Below, piece after piece: positions 37,462-46,508 of a stretch of DNA of 64,000 bases. A program made the translations under genes and the position numbers. Source of the stretch: Deltaproteobacteria bacterium (GTDB taxonomy: Bacteria > Myxococcota > JACPTQ01); assembly GCA_016192705.1 (NCBI GenBank), contig JACPTQ010000004.1, forward strand, positions 9,398-73,397. Direction: 5' to 3'. The first letter of the stretch is position 1, and each line of letters opens with the position of its first letter. The notes beneath the pieces were generated by a model. That model searched no databases. It was not told where the DNA came from and saw only the letters and a list, made by a program, of their open reading frames with translations.

Positions 37462-38675
37462 CAGCGATCCAGCTCCCCGGCGATCATGTTGATCCCGTCA
37501 AACGTCGGAACGATGTCCGCGATCATTCCGCCGATGAGCATCTGCGGCAGCGCCTGCATGATCGCGAAGACCGGCCCGCGCACCCGCACCCGATAAGGCT
37601 TTCCGGTGCCGTCCGCAACGATGTAGAAACCGAGTTCACCGTTCGCGGCCTCCGAGAACGAATAGACCGCGCCCGGTGGCACACGGATTCCGTCGTAAAC
37701 GAGCTTGAAGTGGTTCATCATCGATTCGATCGTGTTGTACACGGGGCCCTTCTCTGGCAGCGCGACGCGCGGATCGCTCGACACCACGGGCCCGCCCGGC
37801 ATGCGGTCGAACGCCTGTTCGATGATGCGCCGCGACTGCTCGATCTCTTCGAGTCGAATCAAGTACCGGTCGTAGTTATCGCCTTTGTCACCGACCGGAA
37901 TGTCGAAGTCGAACCGGTCGTAACACGAATACGGGTGCGCCTTGCGGATGTCGTAATCGATCCCCGTCGACCGCAAACACGGCCCCGTAAAGCCCCAGGC
38001 GAGCGCGTCTTCCTGCGAGATGATCCCGACGCCCTCCATGCGATCGAAGAAGATGCGGTGTCGTGTGACGAGCTTGTGAAACTCGCGCATCACGCCCGCC
38101 GCGTCGGTGAGTGCCTGCCGAACCGCGCCGTCCCATCCGTCCGGCATGTCGAGCCACACGCCGCCAACGCGCATGTAGTTGACGGTCAGGCGGTGCCCGG
38201 AAATTTTTTCAAGCAGCTCGTACAGAAATTCGCGCGCCTTGACCGCATACAAAAACGCCGTGAACGCGCCGAGCTCCATGGCGCCCGCGCCGACGCACGT
38301 GAGGTGGTCGCAGATGCGCGATATTTCGCTGGCGATGACGCGGAGAAACTGCGCGCGCTCGGGAACGTCGACCCCCATCAGCTTTTCGACGGCCATCGCG
38401 TACCCAAGCTCGTTCAACATCGGCGAGTTGTAGTTCAACCGGTCGGCGTACGCGAAGACTTGGTTCCACGTCGACACTTCGCCCATCTTCTCGAACCCGC
38501 GGTGCAAGTAGCCGATCTCGACGTCGGCCGCGCGAACCGTCTCGCCATCGAGGCGCAGCGTGAGCTCAATGACACCGTGCATCGTTGGGTGCGACGGGCC
38601 CATCTTGAGGACCATCGGCTCCATCGGCAGGTCGTCGACGTCGAGCGGGTCGCGCGCGGTTTCAGGCGTCGCCAT
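37461..38675 (-). CDS. nuoD: NADH-quinone oxidoreductase subunit D
   Basis: [28 protein letters not shown]... is the canonical NuoD N-terminus. 404 aa. Confidence 0.95.
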   Translation of the reverse strand: MATPETARDPLDVDDLPMEPMVLKMGPSHPTMHGVIELTLRLDGETVRAADVEIGYLHRGFEKMGEVSTWNQVFAYADRLNYNSPMLNELGYAMAVEKLMGVDVPERAQFLRVIASEISRICDHLTCVGAGAMELGAFTAFLYAVKAREFLYELLEKISGHRLTVNYMRVGGVWLDMPDGWDGAVRQALTDAAGVMREFHKLVTRHRIFFDRMEGVGIISQEDALAWGFTGPCLRSTGIDYDIRKAHPYSCYDRFDFDIPVGDKGDNYDRYLIRLEEIEQSRRIIEQAFDRMPGGPVVSSDPRVALPEKGPVYNTIESMMNHFKLVYDGIRVPPGAVYSFSEAANGELGFYIVADGTGKPYRVRVRGPVFAIMQALPQMLIGGMIADIVPTFDGINMIAGELDR

Positions 38676-39234
38676 CGGATTTCTCCCTCACCACCCCAAG
38701 CCCCACCACAAACGGATCGACCGGATTATTTTCGAACACGTGGACCTCGGACTTTCGAAGCGGCACAAGCGGCTGGCGCCCCGCGACGGGATAGTCTTTG
38801 CGGAGCGGGTGCCCCTCGAATCCGTCCCACATCAAGATGCGGCGCAGGTTCGGGTGTCCATCCACGCGCACGCCAAACATGTCCCAGAGCTCGCGCTCGA
38901 ACCAATCGGCGCCGCGCCAAACGCCCGTCACGCTCGGCACCCACGCGTCGTCACCGTCGTCGACGCGCACCTTCAACGTGACGCGGTGGCGTTTCGTGAT
39001 CGACTTCAATTGAAAGACGACATCGAACCGCGGCGTGCGGCGATCGAGCCAATCGACAGCCGTCACGTCGACGAACAGATTCATCGCGAAATCGGCGTCG
39101 TCCTTTAAGAAGCGGCAAACATCGACGAGAATCTCGCGCTTCAAAACCGCGCAGTCATCGCCACGTTCTGTTGCCGTTTCAACAACGCCGTCCTCGTATC
39201 GCTCCTTCAGCCGCTCCAGAATCGCCTGACTCAT
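38662..39234 (-). CDS. nuoC: NADH-quinone oxidoreductase subunit C
   Basis: Internal start [19 protein letters not shown]... The track N-terminal 75 aa are R-rich. [12 protein letters not shown] motif. Confidence 0.9.
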   Translation of the reverse strand: MSQAILERLKERYEDGVVETATERGDDCAVLKREILVDVCRFLKDDADFAMNLFVDVTAVDWLDRRTPRFDVVFQLKSITKRHRVTLKVRVDDGDDAWVPSVTGVWRGADWFERELWDMFGVRVDGHPNLRRILMWDGFEGHPLRKDYPVAGRQPLVPLRKSEVHVFENNPVDPFVVGLGVVREKSDGDA

Positions 39235-39779
39235 TTCGACGCCGCCTCGCGACGCGCCCAGCGCTCGGGTCCCTCGCGGTCGATCTTTTCTTGGAGCAAC
39301 ATGACCGCATCGAGCACCGCCTCCGGCCGCGGCGGGCACCCTGGGATGTAAACGTCGACCGGCACGATGCAGTCGACGCCCTGCACGGTCGCATAGTTGT
39401 CGTAAAAGCCGCCCGACGACGCACACGCGCCAAACGCGATGACCCACTTCGGCTCGCACATCTGATCGTAGACGCGCTTCAAAACCGGCGCCTGCTTGTG
39501 TGAAATCGTCCCGACCACGAACATCACGTCGGCTTGGCGCGGCGAAAACCGCGGCGCCTCGGCCCCGAACCTACCCGGGTCGTAGTGCGAGCACATCCAA
39601 CTCATGTACTCCATGCCGCAGCACGCCGTCACAAACGGGTACTGAAATATCGACCAGCGCCGCCCCCAGTTGATGATGCCCTGCGCGCCACCGGGCTTCG
39701 TAACCTCGTCGAGCCGCGTGACCATCACGCTCCCCTCGAGGAGCCCAGCGCCGCTTGACTCGCCGTTGTTCAATCCCAT
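39231..39779 (-). CDS. nuoB: NADH-quinone oxidoreductase subunit B
   Basis: [22 protein letters not shown]...GACASSGG...CPPRPE motifs. Start placed at MGLNNG (39779), overlapping the nuoA end by 10 nt. The upstream 124 aa of the track ORF are R-rich. Confidence 0.85.
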   Translation of the reverse strand: MGLNNGESSGAGLLEGSVMVTRLDEVTKPGGAQGIINWGRRWSIFQYPFVTACCGMEYMSWMCSHYDPGRFGAEAPRFSPRQADVMFVVGTISHKQAPVLKRVYDQMCEPKWVIAFGACASSGGFYDNYATVQGVDCIVPVDVYIPGCPPRPEAVLDAVMLLQEKIDREGPERWARREAASK

Positions 39780-40126
39780 TCGAGCGCTCCCTTTTTCCAT
39801 ACATAGATGAAGCCGAGAACGAGCACGCCGAGGAAAACGCCCATCTGAACGAGCCCGACGACGCCCAGGCCTTTCGCGACGACCGCCCACGGATAGAGGA
39901 AGACGATTTCGATGTCGAACGCGATGAAGAGGAGCGCGACGAGATAGAATTTTATGCTGAAGCGCGCGTGCGCCGAGCCGGTCGACTCGCGACCACACTC
40001 GAACGGTTTTTGTTTTTCTGGGGTGGCGTTGCGCGGGCCGAGCAGCGATTTTAGGGCCAGCATGCCGCCCGCGACCGCGATTCCAGCGACGATCATAAGG
40101 AGGACGGGGAGGTAACTGGACAACAT
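39770..40126 (-). CDS. nuoA: NADH-quinone oxidoreductase subunit A
   Basis: 118 aa, three TM helices, conserved FECG...FDIE...VFLYPWA pattern. Confidence 0.9.
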   Translation of the reverse strand: MLSSYLPVLLMIVAGIAVAGGMLALKSLLGPRNATPEKQKPFECGRESTGSAHARFSIKFYLVALLFIAFDIEIVFLYPWAVVAKGLGVVGLVQMGVFLGVLVLGFIYVWKKGALEWD

Positions 40127-40216
40127 AGGTCCACATCCTTTCCTTCGTCATGATTACACATTTTCCCTAACGCTGGAAGCAAGTTGGAGTGTCGTTGGAG
40201 CGTTGAGACGGGGAGG

Positions 40217-41116
40217 TTACTTGCCGCCGGCGGCGCGCAGATCGGCGATGCAGTCGGCGTCGAAGTCGTTCGGCACCGTGCCAAGGAGTTGCGACACGAG
40301 GCTCGACTCGACGGCCCAATACATGACGCAACTTTGGCTGGTGTCGTGCGCGCCGTGCGCCGCGTCCTGGTGCGGGCGCTGCATCGCGACGCCGTTCCCG
40401 ACGAGCCCCAAGTTGTGGCCGGCTTCGTGGACGATGACCGCCTCCTCGATCACGTTGCCCGTGACGAGGACCGTCGCCGATTCGCTCATCGCGTCTTTGA
40501 ACATCGCGATCGCCGAGCCGGTGTGCGAGACGCCGAGGACGCGCGCGTTGCTCGTGTCGCCTTCGTAGCCGCCGCCTATATAGAGGAGGTAGAGGACAGC
40601 GGTGTCGCCCGCCGTGTAGCGGCTGCGGTGCTGTCGCTCGAGGTCGCGGAGGTCGGCGAGGCGCCAGGTGGTTGTCGCTTGCGTTGGGATTTCGGTGTCG
40701 ACGATGACCGTGATGCCGTCGGGTTTGTTGCAGCGTGCTTCGAGGCGCTGTTTGAGGAGGTTGAGCGCACCGGTGTTGGGCGCCTTCCCGCGAACGTAAT
40801 CGACTTCGACGACGAGGCGGCGGTAGCGCGTGGCGGTGAGGTAGTCGGTCGCTATCGAGCCGCTCCAACCTTGGTCGGGGGGGCCGATCGGCACGCCTGC
40901 GTCCGCGCCCGCCCCCGCGTCCGCACCCGCGCCCGCATCCGTAGCTGCATCCGCGCCCGCACCCGCGTCCGCTCCCGTTCCCGCATCCGAGCCCGCGTCC
41001 ACCGCGCGTTCACCTGGCGAAGTCGGGAGGTTCGGGGAGTCAAAGGTTCGGGGCGGAAGCCCAGTGCAGGCGAGCAAGCTGAGAGCGAGAAGTTTAGACA
41101 GAATTAACGATTTCAT
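40217..41116 (-). CDS. Lipoprotein with (DAG)n repeat linker and metzincin-like zinc-peptidase motif
   Basis: Start MKSLILSKLLALSLLAC at 41116. AGSDAGTGADAGAGADAATDAGAGADAGAGADAG. HEAGHNLGLVGNG...H. Confidence 0.7.
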   Translation of the reverse strand: MKSLILSKLLALSLLACTGLPPRTFDSPNLPTSPGERAVDAGSDAGTGADAGAGADAATDAGAGADAGAGADAGVPIGPPDQGWSGSIATDYLTATRYRRLVVEVDYVRGKAPNTGALNLLKQRLEARCNKPDGITVIVDTEIPTQATTTWRLADLRDLERQHRSRYTAGDTAVLYLLYIGGGYEGDTSNARVLGVSHTGSAIAMFKDAMSESATVLVTGNVIEEAVIVHEAGHNLGLVGNGVAMQRPHQDAAHGAHDTSQSCVMYWAVESSLVSQLLGTVPNDFDADCIADLRAAGGK

Positions 41117-41159
41117 AGAACCCACCTTTACATCCGAGAATTCGCCCATTGTCAAAGGG

Positions 41160-42800
41160 TCACGGCCGAAACGTCACCGAGAACGACTCGCCACCCGCGA
41201 TGACGCCGCCGTCCGCGACGAACTGCGCAACGCAGCCGCCGGGAATCGTGTCGAAAGCGACGGGGCCGGGCGATGCGGCCACAATCCCCGAGCACGAGCC
41301 GGTACGTCGCACAACCGGCGCGAAGGCGACGGCCCCAGTTGGCACCGGCTGCGAGAACGAGTAGTTGCCGCCCGAAATCGTGAAAGCGCCTTCGGTGGGC
41401 GCGTACGGGGCGCTCTGCGCGCGGCGCTCGAGATCGTCGCCGATCGATGCGAGCGTTGGTGCGCCGAGGCCCAGGGGCGACACGAGGAGGAGCTGCGTCG
41501 CGCTTCGGGCGGTCGTCGGGAAGGCGCCAATTCGGAGCGACAACGATGTGAATCGCCCGGCGCTCGTTTCGCACGTTGCGCTCGTTGCGCCGGGGAACCC
41601 ACCGAAAAGCGCGAGGGCGTGCGGTGGGATTGCGTTCGCCGCGCGGAGGGCAATCCAATCCATCGCACCTGCGATCGAGCAGCCGCTCTGCGGATTTGCG
41701 ACGGTTACGAGCGCGCCGCCGTCGGCGACTTGAAAGAGGGCGGTCGCGGTCGGCTCGTCGCGGCCGGCGAGGACGATGCGGGCGGGTGCCTGCGATTGGA
41801 AGAGCCCGCCGGGCGGCGTGACGGTCGTTTGAACGAACATTTGGCCCGTCGTGTAGACGGTGTAGTCGCGCGCAATGTCCCAGGTGTCGTCGTGGTCGCT
41901 GGCGCTTGTGCAGGTGGGCGTTCGTCCGGCGCGCGTCGGGTGTGAGACGGAGCGCAGGCGGGCGCGCACGCGATTCGCCTCGAGGAGCGTGAGGTGCGCT
42001 GTCGGGCCATCGGGGTCGCAAGAGTCAGAGCCCGCGGCCATTTCGTATGGGGTGCCGGAGACCGGCGACTCGAGCTTCGCGAAATCGATGAGCGTAAACG
42101 AAGCGCCGCCATCGGCGCCGGGCGCTCCGGCCGCGAGGTTATCGGTTGGCGATGAGGAGGCGAGGTCGTACCAGCCTGTGATGCCACCGCCGCCCTTTGG
42201 GTCGAAGACCAAGCGCAATGCGCCGGCATCGCTCGCGATCATCGTGTGGAGCTCGACGGTTTCGTCGAACGGGATGGCGAGCGGCGTCGCGTTCGACGTG
42301 ACGCGCGTGCACGTAGACGAGCAGCGAAGGATTTTGAGCCACGGCGGCGTGATTTCGGTCCCCGCGTCGTTCCCCGCATCCGCCCCCGCGTCCGCTACCG
42401 CGTCGGCACCCGCATCGGCATCCGCACCCGCGTCCGTTTCCGCTCCCGCGCCCGCATCCGCTACTGCTACCGCCCCCGCGTCCGCACCCGCATCCGCGCC
42501 GGCGTCTGCGCCCGCTACCGCCCCCGCGTCCGTCACACGTCCGGCGTCCCCGCCCGCATCCGCCCCCGCACCCGCGTCCACACCCGCGTCCGCAGGCCAC
42601 GCCACGCGCGAAGGAGCTTCGCTCGGCGCCATGCACAGGCCGCCCGCGCCGGTATCGACGCACAACTCGCCGCCGGGGCACGGCGCGCCGCCGACGTCAC
42701 ATCGATATCGGCCATCGCTCAAGTCGACGCCGACTCCGCAGCCCACGAAGGCGATCGCGACGACAGTGGTTCCAAATCTAAGTGGTAAACGTCGAGTCAT
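41160..42800 (-). CDS. Lipoprotein with Cys-rich N-terminus and long (DAG)n repeat linker, hypothetical
   Basis: AAGGGAGA RBS. MTRRLPLRFGTTVVAIAFVGC lipobox. ~70 aa of D-A-G-based repeats. The track ORF starts at 42974, but that part is R-rich. Confidence 0.7.
   Translation of the reverse strand: MTRRLPLRFGTTVVAIAFVGCGVGVDLSDGRYRCDVGGAPCPGGELCVDTGAGGLCMAPSEAPSRVAWPADAGVDAGAGADAGGDAGRVTDAGAVAGADAGADAGADAGAVAVADAGAGAETDAGADADAGADAVADAGADAGNDAGTEITPPWLKILRCSSTCTRVTSNATPLAIPFDETVELHTMIASDAGALRLVFDPKGGGGITGWYDLASSSPTDNLAAGAPGADGGASFTLIDFAKLESPVSGTPYEMAAGSDSCDPDGPTAHLTLLEANRVRARLRSVSHPTRAGRTPTCTSASDHDDTWDIARDYTVYTTGQMFVQTTVTPPGGLFQSQAPARIVLAGRDEPTATALFQVADGGALVTVANPQSGCSIAGAMDWIALRAANAIPPHALALFGGFPGATSATCETSAGRFTSLSLRIGAFPTTARSATQLLLVSPLGLGAPTLASIGDDLERRAQSAPYAPTEGAFTISGGNYSFSQPVPTGAVAFAPVVRRTGSCSGIVAASPGPVAFDTIPGGCVAQFVADGGVIAGGESFSVTFRP
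42340..42600 (-). repeat. Tandem 9/18-bp coding microsatellite (DAG-repeat); a second array at ~40880-41000
   Basis: Iterated gcgtccgcacccgcgcccgcatccgc-type units on the + strand in both adjacent lipoprotein genes. Confidence 0.6.
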
Positions 42801-42810
42801 TTTTTCTCCC

Positions 42811-43932
42811 TTAACGAGAATTTGTGAGAAGTAGAACGAGCCCGGTCGCGAATGACGCGCCCGCCGTGATGAACATCGTGTTCGCGACCGTCGCCTGGGA
42901 CGATGCGCGGCCGCTCGCCGCGTTCGCATCGTCGACGGTGAGGGCGCCGCTCGACTTTTGCGCGTTGAAATCATTTGCCGTCGCGCGATTGAGAATTCCG
43001 AACACGGTTCCGATCGCGAGCGAGGCGCCAGCCGTTCCGAGTAGGCTCCAGCCGATGATGCGTTTCGCGCGGCTCCGCGGCAGAGGTGGGGACGGTTTCA
43101 TGGTGGCGATGGCGATCGGCGCCGGCTGTGCGGCGCGCGTCACGACAACAGGGACCGCGAGTTTCTCGAGCATGAAAGAGAGCGCATGCGGTGCGTCGGC
43201 CTCAACGACCATCTCGGTTTTCACCGATTTGTAGCCGCGGTGGTCGATGGCGATTCGAAGGCGACCGGGTGCGACGTCGATGTTGTCGATTGGGGTGGCG
43301 CCGATCGTCGCGCCGTCCAGCCGAACCGTCGCGCCGCGCGGCGATGTGACGATCGAAACGCGCCCTGCGATGGGGCCCAGCTTAACGTCGACGTTGGCAA
43401 CGGTGTCGAGTGCGACGACGACGCGCCGCTCCTCGAATCGACGTCCGGCGCCGACGCGCACAGCGTGCACGCCGACTGCGATGTCGACCGCGCCGCCGCA
43501 GCGCCCGCTCGCGCGACCATCGATTTCGACGATCGCCTCCGCTCGGTCACAGCGTACGACTATCTTTCCGCGCATCGACGCGCGCACATGCTGGAAAAGA
43601 TCGACGAGCGCCGGCGGGAAGCGGGTTGGGTCGTACGCTGCGCTCGCGTCGAGCTCGAGCGCCCGTCGCACACTCATGCGCGCTTCGCGCACACGATCGG
43701 ACGCCGATTGGACCGCACCGAGAAGCAAGTAGGCTTCTGCGAGTTGCGGCGGCGATGCTTGTAGGCGAACGGCGTGGAGCAAGATCTTGTTCGCGCGTTT
43801 TGTTTCGCCATCCATATAGGCGCGCGTCGCCTGTTCGACGGCCGACTCGAATTCGGCGGCAACTGCGGTTGTGGGTGCGAGTGCGCCCACGATTTGCGCG
43901 ATGAAAAGTGCGTATGCTAATGGTCGATTCAT
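42811..43932 (-). CDS. PEGA-domain secreted/membrane protein
   Basis: Signal peptide. PEGA-like strands (IVTSPRGATVRLDGATIGATPI). C-terminal TM helix. Confidence 0.75.
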   Translation of the reverse strand: MNRPLAYALFIAQIVGALAPTTAVAAEFESAVEQATRAYMDGETKRANKILLHAVRLQASPPQLAEAYLLLGAVQSASDRVREARMSVRRALELDASAAYDPTRFPPALVDLFQHVRASMRGKIVVRCDRAEAIVEIDGRASGRCGGAVDIAVGVHAVRVGAGRRFEERRVVVALDTVANVDVKLGPIAGRVSIVTSPRGATVRLDGATIGATPIDNIDVAPGRLRIAIDHRGYKSVKTEMVVEADAPHALSFMLEKLAVPVVVTRAAQPAPIAIATMKPSPPLPRSRAKRIIGWSLLGTAGASLAIGTVFGILNRATANDFNAQKSSGALTVDDANAASGRASSQATVANTMFITAGASFATGLVLLLTNSR

Positions 43933-44636
43933 CGGTTCTCCAGATCGATCGAGAGGCGTTTTTGTTCGCCAGCGTTTAGGACAACAGATTTCGAGACGGT
44001 TTTTCGCCCGGCCTTTTCGAAGCGAAGCTCGTGCGTGCCCGGCACAAGTGTCATCGTCGTCGGCGTTGCGCCGCGGGCCTGGTCGTCAACAAAAACGTGG
44101 GCCCAGCTCGGCTCGCCGCGTTCATGCACGGTGACGAAGAGTTTGGCGGGCGGCAGTCGGCGAAGCGCGATCGAGCGCACGATCATCTCGCCAGGCTTCG
44201 CGTCTATGGGCAACGTTGTCGACGCGAATCCCGGATGCGTCGCAACGAGGGTGTGCGCGCCGGGACGAATCTCGACCGCCGATGCCGTTGTGATTGGGCG
44301 AAAGCCGTTCAGCGTGACCCGCGCAGTCCGCGGTGTCGCGACGACGACGAGTTTGGCCGGCGCGGGACTTTGACGCAAAGGCGCAGAGCCGCAAAGGGGA
44401 GAGGGTTCCTTTTGTGCGTCTTTGCTCCTTTGCGCCTTGGCGTTGGTATCCACTGTGGAATCGGCAGTCCTGGAGTCGAATCCAGTCTTATTCGGCTGAT
44501 TGCCGATCGCAAACGCGACGAGCGCGAGACCTGCGGCGCTCGCGAGCGTGGTCGCGACGAACGCGAATCTTCGGCGTCGCCGGGCGGGTTGAGCGAGCGT
44601 CTCTTCGACGAACCAGTCGATTCGCTTGTCATCCAT
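43929..44636 (-). CDS. PEGA-domain protein with N-terminal membrane anchor
   Basis: N-terminal TM FAFVATTLASAAGLALVAFAI. PEGA-like VATPRTARVTLNG and VATHPGF. AGGAGG RBS. Overlaps the next gene start by 4 nt. Confidence 0.7.
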   Translation of the reverse strand: MDDKRIDWFVEETLAQPARRRRRFAFVATTLASAAGLALVAFAIGNQPNKTGFDSRTADSTVDTNAKAQRSKDAQKEPSPLCGSAPLRQSPAPAKLVVVATPRTARVTLNGFRPITTASAVEIRPGAHTLVATHPGFASTTLPIDAKPGEMIVRSIALRRLPPAKLFVTVHERGEPSWAHVFVDDQARGATPTTMTLVPGTHELRFEKAGRKTVSKSVVLNAGEQKRLSIDLENR

Positions 44637-44659
44637 TGTCGGTGTTGCACCTCCTGAAT

Positions 44660-44674
44660 CCCACCCAAAGCAGC
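44660..44674 (-). promoter_or_regulatory. Possible sigma54 -24/-12 element (TGGCACG-N4-cTGC) upstream of the PEGA operon
   Basis: On the minus strand 5'-TGGCACGCTGGCTGC-3' has GG-N10-GC spacing, and an FHA-sigma54 activator gene lies immediately upstream. It lies only ~24 nt from the annotated ATG and overlaps the RBS, so the call is weak. Confidence 0.25.
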
Positions 44675-44940
44675 CAGCGTGCCAGACTTCGAATTCAGAA
44701 ACGGCCTAAATTACCGACGATTTGACTTCGCGATCCCGTGGTGCAACGCATTGCACCTTTGGCTACATCTGTTGCGGATGTTGCAGTTGTAGGTTGCTGA
44801 AAAACGCCCATCTGCGGCGTTGGCGCGTCGCCGCTCGCTTCCGCGTATATCTGAATACAGCGTCAGCTCGCGGCTTTCCGCGCCTGCCTTGCATCTGGAC
44901 GTTTTTGAGCAACCTCCCCTAACACCTCTTCAGCATCCTG

Positions 44941-46383
44941 TTACCCGAGAGTTTCGTCGCGGCCGAGACGAAAGCGCTTCATCCACCGCTGGATCTGCAT
45001 CCGCGCTTTGCCCATCTCGCGCGCGACGGCGCTCACGTTGCCGCTGTGTTCAGCAAGGAGACGCACGAGCTCCGCGCGAAGGCGTCGATCCGCGTCAGAC
45101 AACCGTGCGTCGTCCGGCTCCACGTCCTCATCGGCTTGACGATCCTTCGCAACGATAGGTTGCACCGCGGCCGCCTGCACGGCCTCGGGAAGATGCGTGC
45201 GCAGTACCGATCGCCCGCCCGCGAGCACGGCGGCGGCGCCGACACATTTTTCGAGCTCGCGGATGTTGAGCGGCCAGTCGTACTGCAAAAGCGCACGCGC
45301 GGCGTCCGTCTCGAACGTCACGCCCGCAAATCGCGCCGCGTCGAGGCGCGACAGGATGGTGGCGATGAGAAGTCCAATGTCCTCGCGACGTGTGCGAAGC
45401 GGTGGCATCGTCAGCGTGAAGCCTGAGATGCGCGCCAGAAGATCGGGGCGAAATTTTTCGGAATCGATGAGGTCGCCGAGATCGCGGTGCGTCGCCGCGA
45501 TGAGCCGCAAGTCGACGGGGACCGCGCGCAAACCGCCGACCGGCATGACTTCGCGCTCTTGCAAGACGCGGAGGAAGGCCGCTTGCGAAGTGGTTGAGAG
45601 GTCGCCGATCTCGTCGAGGAACAAGGTGCCACCATCGGCCGCGCGCACAAGGCCGAGGCTGTCGTCGACGGCGCCTGAAAACGAACCGCGCCGATGCCCG
45701 AAGAGTTCGCTCGCGATGAGGTTTTCGGGGATGGCGCCGCAGTTGACGGCGACGAAGGCGCCCGTGCGACGCGAGAGCTCGTGGACGGCGCGCGCGACGA
45801 CCTCCTTGCCGGTGCCGGTCTCGCCGCCGACGACCACTGACACCGGTGATGCGGCGATTCGCGGAATGGTGGCAAAGACGAGCGAGAGTCCCGGCGAAAG
45901 CGTGGAGAGACGCGGGGTTGCGACGGCTTCAAGCGCGTCGGCCGCAACATCGGGAGGGCCAAACGCATCGAGCGTGGCGCCGAGCTTGAACAAGAGGAGC
46001 GTGTGCCCAATCTCGATGACGTCGCCGTCGACGAGGGCCTGCTTGGCGATCGGCCGGCCTCCAACGCTCGTCCCGTTTTTCGATTGGAGATCCTCGAGGA
46101 CCCATTGTCCGAAGACGTGCACGATTCGCGCGTGCGTTCCAGACACCCAGTGGTCGGGAAGTCGCACGTCGAGGTGCCCTGCGGCATTCCCACCTTCGCG
46201 CTCCACGCTTCTCACCGTCCCGCGACCGATGACGACATCGTCGAGCCCCGCGAGGGAATGGCGTGACGGCGCGGCGTACGGGTGTTCGCAGTCAAGAACG
46301 ACGAAGAGATACGGCACGGTGCGCGCGCTCGGCGTTTCGCGGCTGTTCGCGCGGGTGATGGTCGGTGGGACGAGTTCAGACAC
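44941..46383 (-). CDS. Sigma54-dependent transcriptional activator with N-terminal FHA domain (FHA-AAA+-HTH)
   Basis: FHA: VVIGRG...HARIV...QWVLEDLQSKNGTSVGG. AAA+: GETGTGKE, GAFVAVNCGAIPENLIASELFGH. C-terminal HTH (SGNVSAVAREMGKARMQIQRWMKRF). Confidence 0.9.
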   Translation of the reverse strand: MSELVPPTITRANSRETPSARTVPYLFVVLDCEHPYAAPSRHSLAGLDDVVIGRGTVRSVEREGGNAAGHLDVRLPDHWVSGTHARIVHVFGQWVLEDLQSKNGTSVGGRPIAKQALVDGDVIEIGHTLLLFKLGATLDAFGPPDVAADALEAVATPRLSTLSPGLSLVFATIPRIAASPVSVVVGGETGTGKEVVARAVHELSRRTGAFVAVNCGAIPENLIASELFGHRRGSFSGAVDDSLGLVRAADGGTLFLDEIGDLSTTSQAAFLRVLQEREVMPVGGLRAVPVDLRLIAATHRDLGDLIDSEKFRPDLLARISGFTLTMPPLRTRREDIGLLIATILSRLDAARFAGVTFETDAARALLQYDWPLNIRELEKCVGAAAVLAGGRSVLRTHLPEAVQAAAVQPIVAKDRQADEDVEPDDARLSDADRRLRAELVRLLAEHSGNVSAVAREMGKARMQIQRWMKRFRLGRDETLG

Positions 46384-46508
46384 AGCGATCGAAAAAGTTA
46401 ACCAATTTGGTCATGATTGTCACGCCGACGTTTGGGTGCTCGGCGGCGCGAGCGGCGCGCTTTAAGGGGCCGCTTGGTTTTCGGGCGGCGGGCCCCTAAA
46501 GTACGGCC

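Noticed and set aside
37710-38981. 423-aa plus-strand ORF
   Set aside because: Antisense to nuoD/nuoC. R-rich.
40880-42600. Possible CRISPR-like array from regularly spaced short repeats
   Set aside because: Repeats are contiguous 9/18-bp units without spacers and lie in frame inside lipoprotein genes encoding (DAG)n. They are a coding microsatellite, not CRISPR.
44740-44765. TGGTGCAacgcaTTGCA sigma54-like match on the plus strand
   Set aside because: GG to GC spacing is off by one, and it points toward a minus-strand gene, so it is not a plausible promoter.
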